From Calcarisporiella thermophila CBS 279.70 (lineage: Eukaryota; Fungi; Calcarisporiellomycota), in the NCBI RefSeq assembly GCF_041956535.1, contig NW_027192203.1:186001-250000 (forward strand): DNA of 64,000 nt, read 5' to 3'. The position numbers and the translations under genes are program-made. Below the pieces are notes generated by a model. That model saw nothing but the letters and a program-made list of their open reading frames with translations. It was not told the origin of the DNA and searched no databases. Below, piece after piece: positions 1 through 12,148 of the stretch (position 1 is its first letter; each line of letters starts with the position of its first letter).

Positions 1-1469
1 CACCCATTGCAAGTGTCCGGCTCGGATTTGCAGAACCTCCCGAAGAGCCGTTGACGCCCGATACATTCCCAAGCAAGATAGGAGGGAAGCCGGTAAGGAT
101 GGGTTTTCCCTTTCAATGCTCTTCTCTTTTTCATTCAGAGGAAGCAGCATCTGCTTTAACGGGTGTCTAATGCCCTATGCATTTTTCTAGGCATGGCTCA
201 ACCCTGAACATGTCTTGGAGGTTGACCGAGTGCGGTGTGGTGTCTGTGACAAGCCTATGTCTTTTCTGCTTCAGGTGTGTGCTTGGCCTCCTGCTTCCTG
301 GACTTGATAAGTTTTTTTTTTGACCTTTGAGTTCTCCTGCATATATATTCGGCTTTAGCTATATACCCCAGAAGACGAGCCTGCTGAAGCATATCACCGC
401 ATGGTCTACATGTTCTGCTGCCGTAACGGAGCTTGTCTAAAGAAAGAATGGCAGAAATGGTGAGCATATAGGCTTCAGCCCCTACTTCCATTAGGATTCT
501 CTTAACTCTGGTGGGGGGTGGCTCCCCGCTTTGTCTTTGTTCAGTGTCAAAGTGTTCCGCAGCCAGCTGCCAAGATTAAACCCTTACTGGTCCGACAACG
601 AATCCTCTTCTTCTAACGCCCGTTCGTCTGAGGACAGCGAGGATGACGTGGATGAGGAGGAGGAAGAGGAGTGCAAGCCGCGGCGCCGCGCAAAATTCTC
701 CAACCCAGCCAAAACGTGTGTTGTTTGTGGGCTACGGGGAGGTAAAACCTGCTCAAAATGCCACACCGCATCGTATTGCTCACGGGATCACCAGCTGTAC
801 CACTGGTCGACCGCAATGCACCGCCAGCTATGCGGGAAGAGCGAGGGGGAGATGCTCGAGCGTGAGAGGGCGTTGGAGGAGAAGCTGTTGGCCAAAAGCA
901 CATTTCCCGAGTTCGAGATCGTGGACGAGGAGGAGGATTCCAACCGCAAGCTGGACGAATACGGCAATCTAGTCCAAGAGCTCGATGGCGTCCAGATCAC
1001 CGAAGAGGCGAACGCGGATGAAGCAGGCGAAGGGGAGTCAAAGGCACTGGTGCCCGTGGGCGACGAAGCGTACGAGGAGACCGAGGTTGATGTCGACAAG
1101 GCCTTCTTAAAGTTCCAGAAGCGAATCCAGACCTACCCTGACCAAATCCTGCGCTATGCCCGCGTTGAATACCAACTCCCTCTCCCGGACCCATTATGGG
1201 CCAGTGATTCTGGGCGGCCTGATATCGAGCGGGATATCGGCCGATGCGCGCACTGCGGCGGCGAGCGCACCTTTGAATTCCAAGTCATGCCGCAGCTGTT
1301 GACTTTCCTGGGCATTGACCACTCGCACACCGATGCCCTCGACTTTGGAACCCTCATCGTGTACTCATGCAAGGATAACTGCCACGCCCCCCATCAGCCC
1401 CTAGTGGAGGAGGCGGTATGGCTACAAAACTTCAGTGAAGATGGCATGAAGCTTGGCAAAGATGCATAG
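1..1469 (+). CDS. PDCD2: PDCD2/TSR4-family protein (MYND zinc finger + PDCD2_C), 5' end upstream of window
   Basis: Exons ~1-92, 191-274, 359-459, 545-1469 with GT-AG introns give ...FPSKIGGKPAWLNP...C..C.KPMSFLLQLYTP...YHRMVYMFCC, a MYND finger (CVVC..CSKC...YCSRDHQ..HW...H..C) and PDCD2_C (FEFQVMPQLL...LDFGTLIVYSC). Confidence 0.93.
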
Positions 1470-1929
1470 CACCACTTTATCTCCTGTTTATTTTCTGTTC
1501 TTCTATTCTAATCTATTCTATTTTCCTTGGGGAGGGGTCGCTTCCGGGTGGATTTTTCTTTGTTAAAGACATTCTATATCAGCAAATAGCATTCTTCTTG
1601 GATATCCATTGGAATTGCAAAAAGAAAACAACAGAAAAATAAAAAAGGCGAAATTGTCCGTCAGAATAAGAGAAAGATAAATGAATAACAGTGAGATATG
1701 CTTGTGGGAATCACAACAGAGGTAACAAGCTTGGGAAAAAATAATTTAAATACGGCGATGGCATGCATCGGTATATTACATAATCTTTCCCTGATTCCGG
1801 TGTTATATATTAGATATTAATATGTGCGTGTATGTGAGTGCGGGTGTAGACAAGTGTATGCGTACGCATGAAGTGGAGATATCCTAATTTGAAATTAAAT
1901 ATGGCGTAGGGGCATTTAGAGGAGGATGT

Positions 1930-4174
1930 CTACTGCGTGTTCGTGCGCGATCTCCCCTCCTTCTTCCGCTGTATGTTCCTCGTCCTCACCTCTTTGCGCA
2001 ACCGCTCGATTTTCCGCCGTGTCAAGTCGATGGGAGGAAACGGGCGGGTGAAACAAGTATCCATCAAGCGTTGGCAGTCTATCATTCGCTTGGGCGCGTT
2101 CTGCATCGCCTTGAAAATCTCCAGCGGGTCCTCCTCCACTGCGGTGATCTCTTTCTCGTTCAGCTGCAATATGGTGAGCGCAATCCGGAAGAGGATCTTT
2201 TGCCCCTCGTAGAAGAAACAATCCCACACGCGCAGCACCGTTTCGATGGGAAGAGAGGAGATATACAGGGTGAGGAACCAATTACAAGTCACGAGCCCAA
2301 ACGGTGCAGAGGGGGCCTCCTTGAGCTGCCAGAAGGTTTTGCCCCCGCTGATCTTGTTCCAAATGGCTGGCGAGTGCTCCGAGAGAAGCAGCAGCAGGAC
2401 ATCTTGATCCACGTTCTAGCAACGGGAGACCCAGTTACATCTCTATCCAGAGCAAGGCGCAGAAATAAAGCAAGTGCTTACCACTCCCTCCATGGTAACA
2501 TCATACATTTTCTCGGGCATATGATCCAGGACCGTTACCGTCAAGAGCCAAAATACCTCCTCTTCGCGATCCAGAAACAAGAGCATGAGGCCCGCTATGT
2601 AGTTGAGTGATTGGCAATATCCAATGCTAGGGACATGGACAGAGAAGGCGAGAAGAATGCGGCGTAGAGCACCAATAAAAGGCGCGTCTTTACCGTCCGG
2701 AGTCGATTGGAAATAGAGGTTCTCCGGGAAGGTGCGGTGAAGATCTAAATAGAACAATTATTGGTTAGCTATGTCGATGCTCGAGTCGGATAGACGGGGT
2801 AATGTTCGAGTGGTGAAAGAGGGAGATAAAAAAGGGGTCGTACCTCTTTCAATAATCTCAGCAGATTCATTTTTATTGCCAAGCGCTTGAGCCTCACAGA
2901 CGAGTTTTTCGTAGAGTCCAGGGTTTTGCGCAAGTTTAGCCTCGGCCCCACTATAATAAAGCCAAGCCTAAATATGGGTCCATGTTAGAATACGTTCCTT
3001 TCCACGTCTCAAAAGCAGGGGTGAAAGCTTAATAACCTTGCCACGGAAAGAGGATGGGATTCCTTTTCGTATCAATCGCTTCGCTAAATAGGAGAATTCA
3101 ATGGTCAATGAATGGTTGGCAATGCTTGGGCTCAAAAGTAACACTACTTTTTGCGCTTCTCAACGGAAATCGCCCTCCTGCTTCATGCATCATCGCCTCC
3201 CATTTTTTTTGCCTTTTCTCCAGCACCGGCAAGTACTGCTCTTGGAATTCGTTATATGCGGCAAGCGATACAAAAGGCGATACCTTTTTGAACCCATATT
3301 GATCCCGCTCGACTGCTGGAGGTGAAGGCTTGATGCTTTCTGAAGAGGCAGGAAGGGGTGGAAGAGGGGAAGTTGGTTTAGATTTCCCAGGAGTTTGCAA
3401 TGGCGACGCTTGCACAGCTTTTCGCACGCTATTTTGGGCCTCGCCGAAACGGTGATTGCTGGGGTCAAGTGGGGCTCTCGGAAGACTCGGCGTGATATTG
3501 GAATATTCACAAGTATTTCGGGCGCTGATCTTTTCCTTGCCTACAACTGCCATAGAGACTCCCGCCATCTTCTTGATAGCTCCTTGATTCATCAAGGCTG
3601 GGCTCGGTTGTCTACTCTCCTTCACCTCCCCTCCTTTTACTTCGATCCTCTCCCTCTCCGTCTCCGCCTCCCCCTCGTCGGGTTCTCCTATTATCATTGC
3701 CTTCTGTACAAAAGTTACCCGCTTTTTGCAATCTTCCTCTACTCGTTTCGAGGGCGTTTTGGGTAGCGCTGCCAGCTTTTCAAAGCTCTTTTTCTTTTCG
3801 TCCTTTTTCGAGGATAATTTTCGCCTTAGAGGGATATTAGTGGGATTGCGGGCCAGGGGCGACGGCTTGGGGCCGCTGTTATAACTTTTGAGGCTGCTGG
3901 ATCGATGTGAACTAAGATTGTCATGACTCGAGCTCTTGTTCAGCATTCCTCGAGGTAAACCTTGCATTCTTTGGCAGCTCATAGCGTATTCTTGCATGAG
4001 CATAGGCGATGAAGGATGATGTGGAAGGCGTGGCATTTGCGAGATGAAGACACGCGGAGGTGGAAGTGGCACTGCGGCCGCTCCTTTCTCGCTGGGTGTG
4101 CCGGGAAGTTGGCCAAAGGAGGTAGGTAATGGATTCCGTTCCGAGATAACTTCATTCTGATAGGTTTTTAACAT
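1930..4174 (-). CDS. TBC-domain Rab GTPase-activating protein (Msb3/Msb4/Gyp3-like)
   Basis: Five exons joined by GT-AG introns. RDQYGF and KRLIRKGIP..RGKAWLYYSGA motifs, arginine finger IERDLHRTFP, glutamine finger GYCQSLN, and LPIETVLRVWDCFFYEG. Long low-complexity N-terminus. Confidence 0.92.
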
Positions 4175-4743
4175 TATCGAGTCCAGCTAGTGCCCCCCAG
4201 TCCCAATCAACAAAGAAAAGACGAACGAATAAAAGAAAACCCAAGAAAACTAAGGGGAGATTAAAGCTAATTCTAGTGAGGGGGGAGTGTAGAGATGAAA
4301 TGAGGATTAGAATGGGCACATGGCTCTATGACGCTCACCTTGCTCTCTCGAGAAAATAATATCCATTTTTTTCCCGACTCCGCTGCAAATGGCGCGAATT
4401 AGGAAAGATGATTACAGTCCCCGGGAGCCAAGATCTCTTTAATGAGACACAGACGGGTCTGTCAAATTAGAGTTGCTGAATCCTATTACTCCATGATTCC
4501 ACTCGATGGCCTCGCCCTCCTAGATTCCATGGTCACGGCGTGGTGGGGCAAACAGTTCGAATCCCAAAGCACTGGAGTGAAGGCCTTCCATTTATTACGG
4601 GAAGACGAGATAGGAATATAAGGAAATAAAAAGAGACCACAATTCAATATACAAATCAATTGAATCAAAAAAAAAATTAAGAACACAATATGTTACTGGG
4701 AGGGATAAAATCAAGTTGTATATAGGAAAAAAAAACATGTGTA

Positions 4744-7700
4744 TTAATGATATCCTCCCTTCCCGCTAAGATCTAACTTCTCCAAGAGAATATAATAGAG
4801 AAACCGGAAACTCCACAGGTTTCCTTTCCGTCTCCTGATATCTACAATGTAAAGCCCGGTCAAGTTTTTGATGCGGCAGAGTTCGACCGTGAAGTATATC
4901 GCACTGCCCGAATCAATATACGGGTCTCCATAAATGCCGGCGCGTGTTTCAGCCATGGAGGTGTGAGTGGTGGAGGAGGAGATGGGCGCAAGGGTCGCGG
5001 ATTCAGAAGGAGGGGCCGTGTGCATAGCCGCTTTCTCGGTACCTCGGCGGAAAAATCCTAACAATGGCCCCTTCGACATCGAGAACTTTCGCCTTCTCTC
5101 CACCTTCTCCTCCGGGCTGTGCCTTTCCTGGATCGTGGTGGCCGTGTTCTCCGCCGAAGTTTTACCGGCTTGCGATTTCTCCGGCCGCAAGCATTTGAGC
5201 TTGTATCCGCGATCCGCTTGTATCTCAATTCCCATCTGAGCCAGGACTTGCCGCACCTCCATCATGACTTCCGATGGCTCCCGTGAGGTCAGCGCAGTTT
5301 GGTCGACCGCCCCATCGTGAACTCGCAGTTTCGCCTCGTCTCGCGTTTTGGGGCTCATCGAGGGTGATTGCCGGCGTATGATGGCCCTTGCAACGGCAAT
5401 CGGAGATTTGATTGGAGAGTTGGCATTGCGGCGGGGCGAACCGGATGAGGGCTCTGCATCGGTGGACTTCTCCGGAGTGCAGGGTTGAAGCTGCTGAGGA
5501 TGAGAGGTTGGAATTTCAGGAGGGGCATCTCGCTGCATAATGGAATATCGACGGAACCAGCCCATCAAGCGACTCGCCTTACTACGCTCACCCGATGATC
5601 CCACGGAATCAGCAACTGACCGAGGCGATTGCGGGATAGGCCAAAGCGTTTCATCCGCCGAAGGCTCTCTCCCATGTCCCTTTGAGGGGGTTTCACCAAT
5701 AAATAAGCTAACCACCTTCCGCCTTGCATCTGGAGACCGGATACCACGCCTGACTGCCACTCTTGCAGAAGGTGGGGGAGGAGGGACCGCTCCAATGGAG
5801 GTTGGAGACTGGGGGTGCAGTGGTATATCAGCACGATTGTCTTCAGCTTGCAAATGAGATTTCCCGGTCGAGTTTGAGCGGCGTGCAAACGATGACAGTA
5901 ACGAGCTAGTCCCAAACCTCCCAGCTTTCCGGGAGGTCGAGTGTCTTCGGCTATCGGATACAGCACGCGACGGGCCACCGGTAGCAACCCTAGCATTGCT
6001 GATGCTCGTTTGAGGCTGTACTCCCTCCTCATGATGCGACCGGTCTACCAACAACGTGGGAACCGCCGAGGTACTAGCCCCATGCATGTCCCGTGACCCG
6101 TGGCGTTTGTTGGGAGAAGAATGCCGTTCAGAATCCCATTCGTCCTCTCCCAGCGGTGAAGCGGAGTCAGGCTTCAAAGCCGGAGATCGATCCTTTCCAG
6201 GCGAATAGTGGGATGAGTGTTGCGAAGGAGAGTCGTGCCGACTTCCCACGGAGGCAGGTGAAGAGAACTCATGGCACCGGTCGCTCTCAAAGGTTGATGG
6301 GGAATCCGAGTCCCTAATGCTAGTTTTATCCGTTCTCAGAACCCGCTCTTGTACTTCCTCGATGGACGCCTTTTTCGCCGTTTCCATTCCAGCTAGTCCT
6401 TCCATGTCCACCATTTCATTGTTGGGACTTGTACCGCTCCCAATTCCTACCAAGTCCAAATCGTAATCGATGTGTATGGTATGGCGTTTATGTGATTTTG
6501 TGAATATTCCATCGGTTCGCGCTGGCGCGGATGGGGGGGTATCGGCAAGAGGAGTACCAAATTCTTTCGAGAGAGAGGTATCACCAGATGCAGCTGCGCT
6601 CCAGAGTTCTGTCGAGGCTTCCGCCTCTAGCTGCTCAAGAGACTTTTGAAGGAGATCTTTGTAGGGTTCCATCCACCGGTGTTCTATAATGGTACGCATA
6701 TCGCACCTTTTTTGGGGGTCAACCTCCAGCATCTTTGAAGAAGATTTGTCAGGCAATCGCGTGAGAAATAGGAAAGAGCAAGAGGGGGAATAAAGGCAGT
6801 GTATATACCTTGCGCAACAAATCTCTTGCATCCGCCGATACATAATCGGGGAAGAGAAGTTCAGTATTGAGGATATAGTCGTATAAAAGACCAATGGAAT
6901 CTCCGTTAGGATTGCGCTCATCGTCGTCGTATGGCAAAAATCCGCACAACTTTCAAGTAGAAATTAAGAGTTAAACATATCATCCAATTCTTATTGTTTA
7001 GAAAATTATTACCATTGCGTATAAAATGACGCCACATGACCAAATATCCGCTGCTGGCCCAACGTAGAAGCCATCCGACACAACTAGTTCAGGAGCTGCA
7101 TAGCACGGGGAACCACAGGACGTCGCCATCAGATCTTCTTCCGGCTTGTTGAAATTATTTGCGAAACCAAAGTCGGTGATGATAATGGAACGATTGCGAT
7201 CCAGAAGCAAATTTTCCTAAGCCATTCAATGCAAATAGGTTAGTTGAAAAAGGATCTTAAAGGGGAAGGACGTTATCTATTTGTTACCAATTTTAAATCT
7301 CTATGAACGATATGTTTTTGATGTAGATAATTTACTCCACTAATGAGCTGTGCAAACAGGCGGCATGCATCACGTTCTTTCAGATATCGATGAGCCAAAA
7401 TATATTCAAAAAGCTCGCCGCCTAAAAGGGGGAAGAAAAGAGGAGTCAAAAGAAGTTCAGAGAATGCGCCCTGAGAAAAAATAATTACCTGACGCGTATT
7501 CTAATACAATGCCTATATATTTTTCGGTCTCTAGAACATCGAATAGTTTAACGATATTCGGATGCCTCACAGACTAGAAGGGGTAAAATAAAGACAGGAG
7601 CTTTAGCCTAAGAAGTGGAAAATGGTTAAAAGCAGAACAGCTTACCCGCAAAACAAATATCTCTCGCTCTACTTTCGTATAACGCGACGCAGTATCCACA

Positions 7701-7985
7701 TCTTGCTTGCGAATTAATTTGATGGCCACCTGATGCGTGTCGAATAGTTTAGTAAGGTTTAGTAAAAATGTAGCTAAATCAATGGATATAATATACCTCA
7801 ACTCCAGTCTTTAAGTGAACTCCAAGCTTCACTTTCCCAAACTCTCCCTCGCCTACGGTCCGCAATAGCTGGTAAGGGCCGAACATATTCTTTTTCCTTG
7901 TGGGGGGTTCCATTGTGTAATTCCGATCGGTGAACTCGCGTCGAGAGGGGGAAGTTGTGCTGTTTGTCATTGCTGTACAGGCCAT
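4744..7985 (-). CDS. Kin4/Ppk1-like CAMKL Ser/Thr kinase with C-terminal KA1-like domain
   Basis: Seven spliced exons: [83 protein letters not shown]-terminal [30 protein letters not shown]. Confidence 0.9.
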
Positions 7986-9716
7986 GAAAATTAATGTGAA
8001 GAAAAATTACAAAGGAAATATATATATGGAGGGATTAAACAGATTGAGAATAATGACAAGAGTAATTAAGTGTGCAGATGAGGAGTATTAAAATGTAGCT
8101 TACAAAAGCGAAATCAATTCAGTGATATATGTAAGTTGTTAATAAAGAGAAATAAAAAAATGAAATTATAAGAAGAGAAAAAAATGCATAGAGTGCGAAA
8201 GAAAAAAAGGGGAGGAGAGAGGGATTGGGGAGGAGAGAGAAAAAGCTATATAAAGTTGATGGTTTAAGTGTATAAAAAAATGGGGAAAGAGTATATAAAC
8301 AAGATCCAAAAATGACACCAGTATGGGCGGATGTAAAAGAGAAAGAGAGAAGGATTATTTACTATGACTAGATGGAGATTATCATTGATGATGAGGGATG
8401 TGGAATATGAAGGAGATATGAAGCAGAATAAAACCTAAGACCTTTTTTTCCACTTACTAATGGAAATGGTAAGACCTAATAAATTAATAACCACGAAAAA
8501 TCGAGTTTTTAAGAGTAAACAAGAATTGGAGTTCTCTTATTTGCTTTTTATTTTTGTCCCAATAAACCATCAAGATAGGCATATTTGCACGGATAATTTA
8601 ATGTAAGTAGGCCATCCTTCCATCTTATATACACCCCACTTTTTTCTCCTTTCCTATGGCCTCTTTCACCTTAGGAGCGGCATATTGGGTGGGAAGAGCT
8701 ACTATGCCAAGAAAGCTTTTTCTATGAATTCAATGGACTACATCTTTGAATTCGTTACGCGTCCATTTGGCTAATAATCCTTCCTCTTATGATCGTTGGT
8801 ATGCTAATGATCTTTTCTTTTCCTCAGTATTAATAGGATTACAAATCTTGGTATTTTGGTATTATGGACGGCTAAATCCTCTCCAACCTCTACTGGCACT
8901 TTGGTTTCCTTCGTCGGACGTGCTTTGTGTTCTGAAATATGGCGCAACCACTATTTTCTCTGGCCCTGCTGCGCAAAACTCTAAAGCTCCTATGTATTGA
9001 TGCTCCATAGAGCCTCTATGTACCGAATTGTAATTATACTTTGGGGTGGTGTCAGCCGCCTTTTTCGGCTTTCTTTCGGCTTGTTATTTGCGTTTAAAAT
9101 TTGTATTTATGTTTATACCCGGCACGGCAAAGCTTACCCTCGTATCCTTGTAATTATGCTTGTTTTTGACGCTTGTGTGAGATGCTTGTCCCTTACAAAT
9201 GCGAAGAATTAGGAAAATATTGTCGTTTCAAAAATGCTTTGAACATTTTTTTCGTTAATTAATCCCAGATATACTATCTAATGTGTTATCTAATATCCGC
9301 ATATCATTCGCATTGATGCATGGAGTAATAGCAAGTTAGGCGAAGTCGAGGAAGAGACAATGGACAAAGGTCTCCAGCTTGCCTTGGTTGACCGTACCTG
9401 AAAGAAGAGCGGCAGCGGTGCGATTGGGCTTGCAATGGAAGTATAATGAGTAATGTCCAGCAAATGTCATTTTGTTGTGCAAAGGGCTTATACCCTTCAA
9501 TTCCCACGCGAATAAGATCTCCACACTAGCTCGGAGTTGGTCGGCGGTTTTATTTTCATTTTTAAATCCTGCAGGTCGCCACTTGCTTTCAAATACTTCT
9601 CCCAATTCTTTTTCAACAAAAGGAGATCCATCCTCCTCGCCTTCTTTTCAACAAAGAATCTTAATTTAAGCCTACAACAGTGTGCGTATTTCGTTGCTCT
9701 GGGAACTTGCATTCTC

Positions 9717-11658
9717 ATGTTTCGCTTCCGCCCGCTTTCCCTCTCGCTTGGGTTAATTGCTCGCAAAAGCTTATTTCCAAACAAACCTTTGCTTCGTCCT
9801 CTCCCTGTGACCGCTTCTAGGAGGATTGCGACTTACCCGTCGCTATGGCAGCAGCAGCAGCGAGAACAGAAGCACCATCTCGAAGCAACAGCGGGAGATG
9901 AACAGCATCATTCGAAAGAGGAAATTGAGGATCCAGCGGAGCACCATGCAGTGGTGTCGACCTTTGATTTATTTAGTGTGGGGATCGGTCCTTCTTCCAG
10001 GTAGGCCTCTTATTGATGAGTCTTGCGAAAGATGAGGCTGTATTATTATCCTAAAGTCAAAGAATTCTAACCGAATATTTTTCATTTAAAGTCATACAGT
10101 CGGGCCAATGCGCGCCGCCAAAATTTTTATCAATGACCTCAAGCGACATCAAGTTTTAGATAAGGTGCAGACTAATTACTTTTTCTTTGGTTCGACTCGC
10201 CATTGACTCTCTTGGCTCTTCCAGATTCACACCATGCGTATCGACCTATATGGTTCTCTCGCCATGACCGGAGAGGGACATGGCACACCGCATGCCATAC
10301 TTATGGGCATGGAGGGCGAAGAGCCTGAGACGGTCGATCCATCTACTATTAAGCCTCGAATTGCTGCAATTCATGAGAACAACTCCTTGACTTTAGATGG
10401 CACGCATCGTATCCACTTTGAACCCGAAAAACACTTGGTGTTCAAATTTTTCGAATCTCTACCGGAGCATCCAAATGGCATGCGGTTCTGTGCATTTGAT
10501 GAAAATGGTGACCTCATTGCGACGAATAAATATTTCTCGATTGGGGGTGGGTTCGTCGTCAATGAAAGGACTCAGCTTGCTCACGGAGAAAATGTGTACT
10601 ACCGTGATGTAGAGCACAATGTGACCGACTCACGCTCCCAGCAAGATCTGGCGGTCGCAGCCCTTCCTTTTAAGACAGCGGAGGATTTGCTCAAAGTATG
10701 CCGGCGTGAAAATATGAGTATTGCTCAGGTTGTCTATGAGAACGAGTTGCGGTGGCGATCTGCTGAAGAGATCCGCGAAAAGACCTTGCGGATCTGGGAG
10801 GTGATGGATGAGTCTATCAGAAATGGCTGCTTGTCCACAGAAGAGTATCTTCCCGGAAAACTTCACGTCAAGCGGAGGGCGCCTGGCTTATACAAAAAAT
10901 TACTCAAGGGATTGTACACCACAACACCAGTAAACCTCTCCTCGGCCTCAACCTATTCCTCTTCCAACGAGGTCTCAGTAGATGCTGGACAGCGGCGAGA
11001 CGTGGATGTGAAACGTCCCACTTCCGTGACGGTACTCCCTCGGCGCAGTCGCAAACGTCTTCTCCTCCCAGCATTGGACTATCTTTCTGTATATGCCATC
11101 GCTGTTAACGAAGAGAATGCTGCTGGTGGGCGCGTCGTCACCGCCCCAACCAACGGTGCTTCGGGTACCATTCCTGCCGTCCTCAAATATTATCTCGAGT
11201 TCATCAGTGATAACCCCGAGCAAGACATCATGGAATTCTTGCTTACCACTGCAGCTATTGGAATGCTCTATAAACGTGGTGCGTCGATCAGCGCGGCAGA
11301 AATGGGTTGTCAAGGAGAAGTTGGCGTTGCGTGTTCTATGGCAGCCGCTGGGTTTACCGCAGTCATGGGTGGAACGCCAGAGCAAGTCGAAAACGCCGCT
11401 GAAATTGGGATGGAGCATAATTTGGGACTGACTTGCGACCCACCACTGGGGCTGGTCGTGATTCCGTGTATTGAGCGCAATGCACTTGCTGCTGTTAAGT
11501 CTGTGACTGCAGCTCAATTGGCATTGAACGGGGAAGGCCACCATAGAGTTAGCTTGGACCAAGTTATCGAGACAATGCGGCAGACAGGAAATGACATGAT
11601 GAGCAAGTATAAGGAAACCTCTACGGGCGGATTGGCCGTCAACATCCCGCTCTGCTAA
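9717..11658 (+). CDS. Iron-sulfur-dependent L-serine dehydratase (bacterial SdaA type, fused beta/alpha) with putative mitochondrial presequence
   Basis: Exons 9717-10000, 10092-10164, 10224-11658 give [67 protein letters not shown] and [19 protein letters not shown] (three Fe-S Cys). The N-terminus is Arg/Leu/Ser-rich and acid-free. Confidence 0.95.
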
Positions 11659-12148
11659 TATACCTAAGCTTCCCGACTCTTTTTCTTATTTATAAATTGA
11701 GGTATAGAATGATCTATTTTTTTTTTCTTTTTATGCTGCATAATGTATTCCCTTCAGCCTCTGATGTTTTTTTTTATCTACCTGAAAATGCTTTTTTTTT
11801 TCCTGCTTATTGTTATTCATACTTTCGGTATTAAAACTATTGTTAGAACTAGAGAAAATTGGATTCCTGCATTTTTCTTAAAATTGAGAGAAACTCCAGT
11901 ATATAATAAACAAGAAATATTAAGAAAAATTAATAAGTTTTATGAAATATAAGAGAGCAGACAGCGAAGTCTTATTCTTTACCTTTCATTCCTAAAAAAT
12001 AAAAATAAAAAAAAAAATCACACTTGTTCTTCTATTTACAAAAAGAGGAGGGAAGAGGAGGGGAGAGGAAGGGAGGAAGGGAACATAAAATCTCACAATG
12101 CTCAAAGAAGTAAAAGAAGGGAAAAAAAATGGAAAAAAGTCTAATATT

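Noticed and set aside
4400-4600. AGTCCCCGGG ... GTGGGGC and GTTCGAATCCC suggested RNase MRP RNA or a tRNA/Pol III gene
   Set aside because: Lacks the GAAAGTCCCC context and the ACAnnnGGGGCTYA end, and no cloverleaf can be built around the B-box-like sequence. An Infernal search would settle it.
9304-9784. Several short minus-strand ORFs upstream of the serine dehydratase
   Set aside because: No recognisable motifs or coherent splice pattern; they overlap the promoter and first exon of the plus-strand gene.
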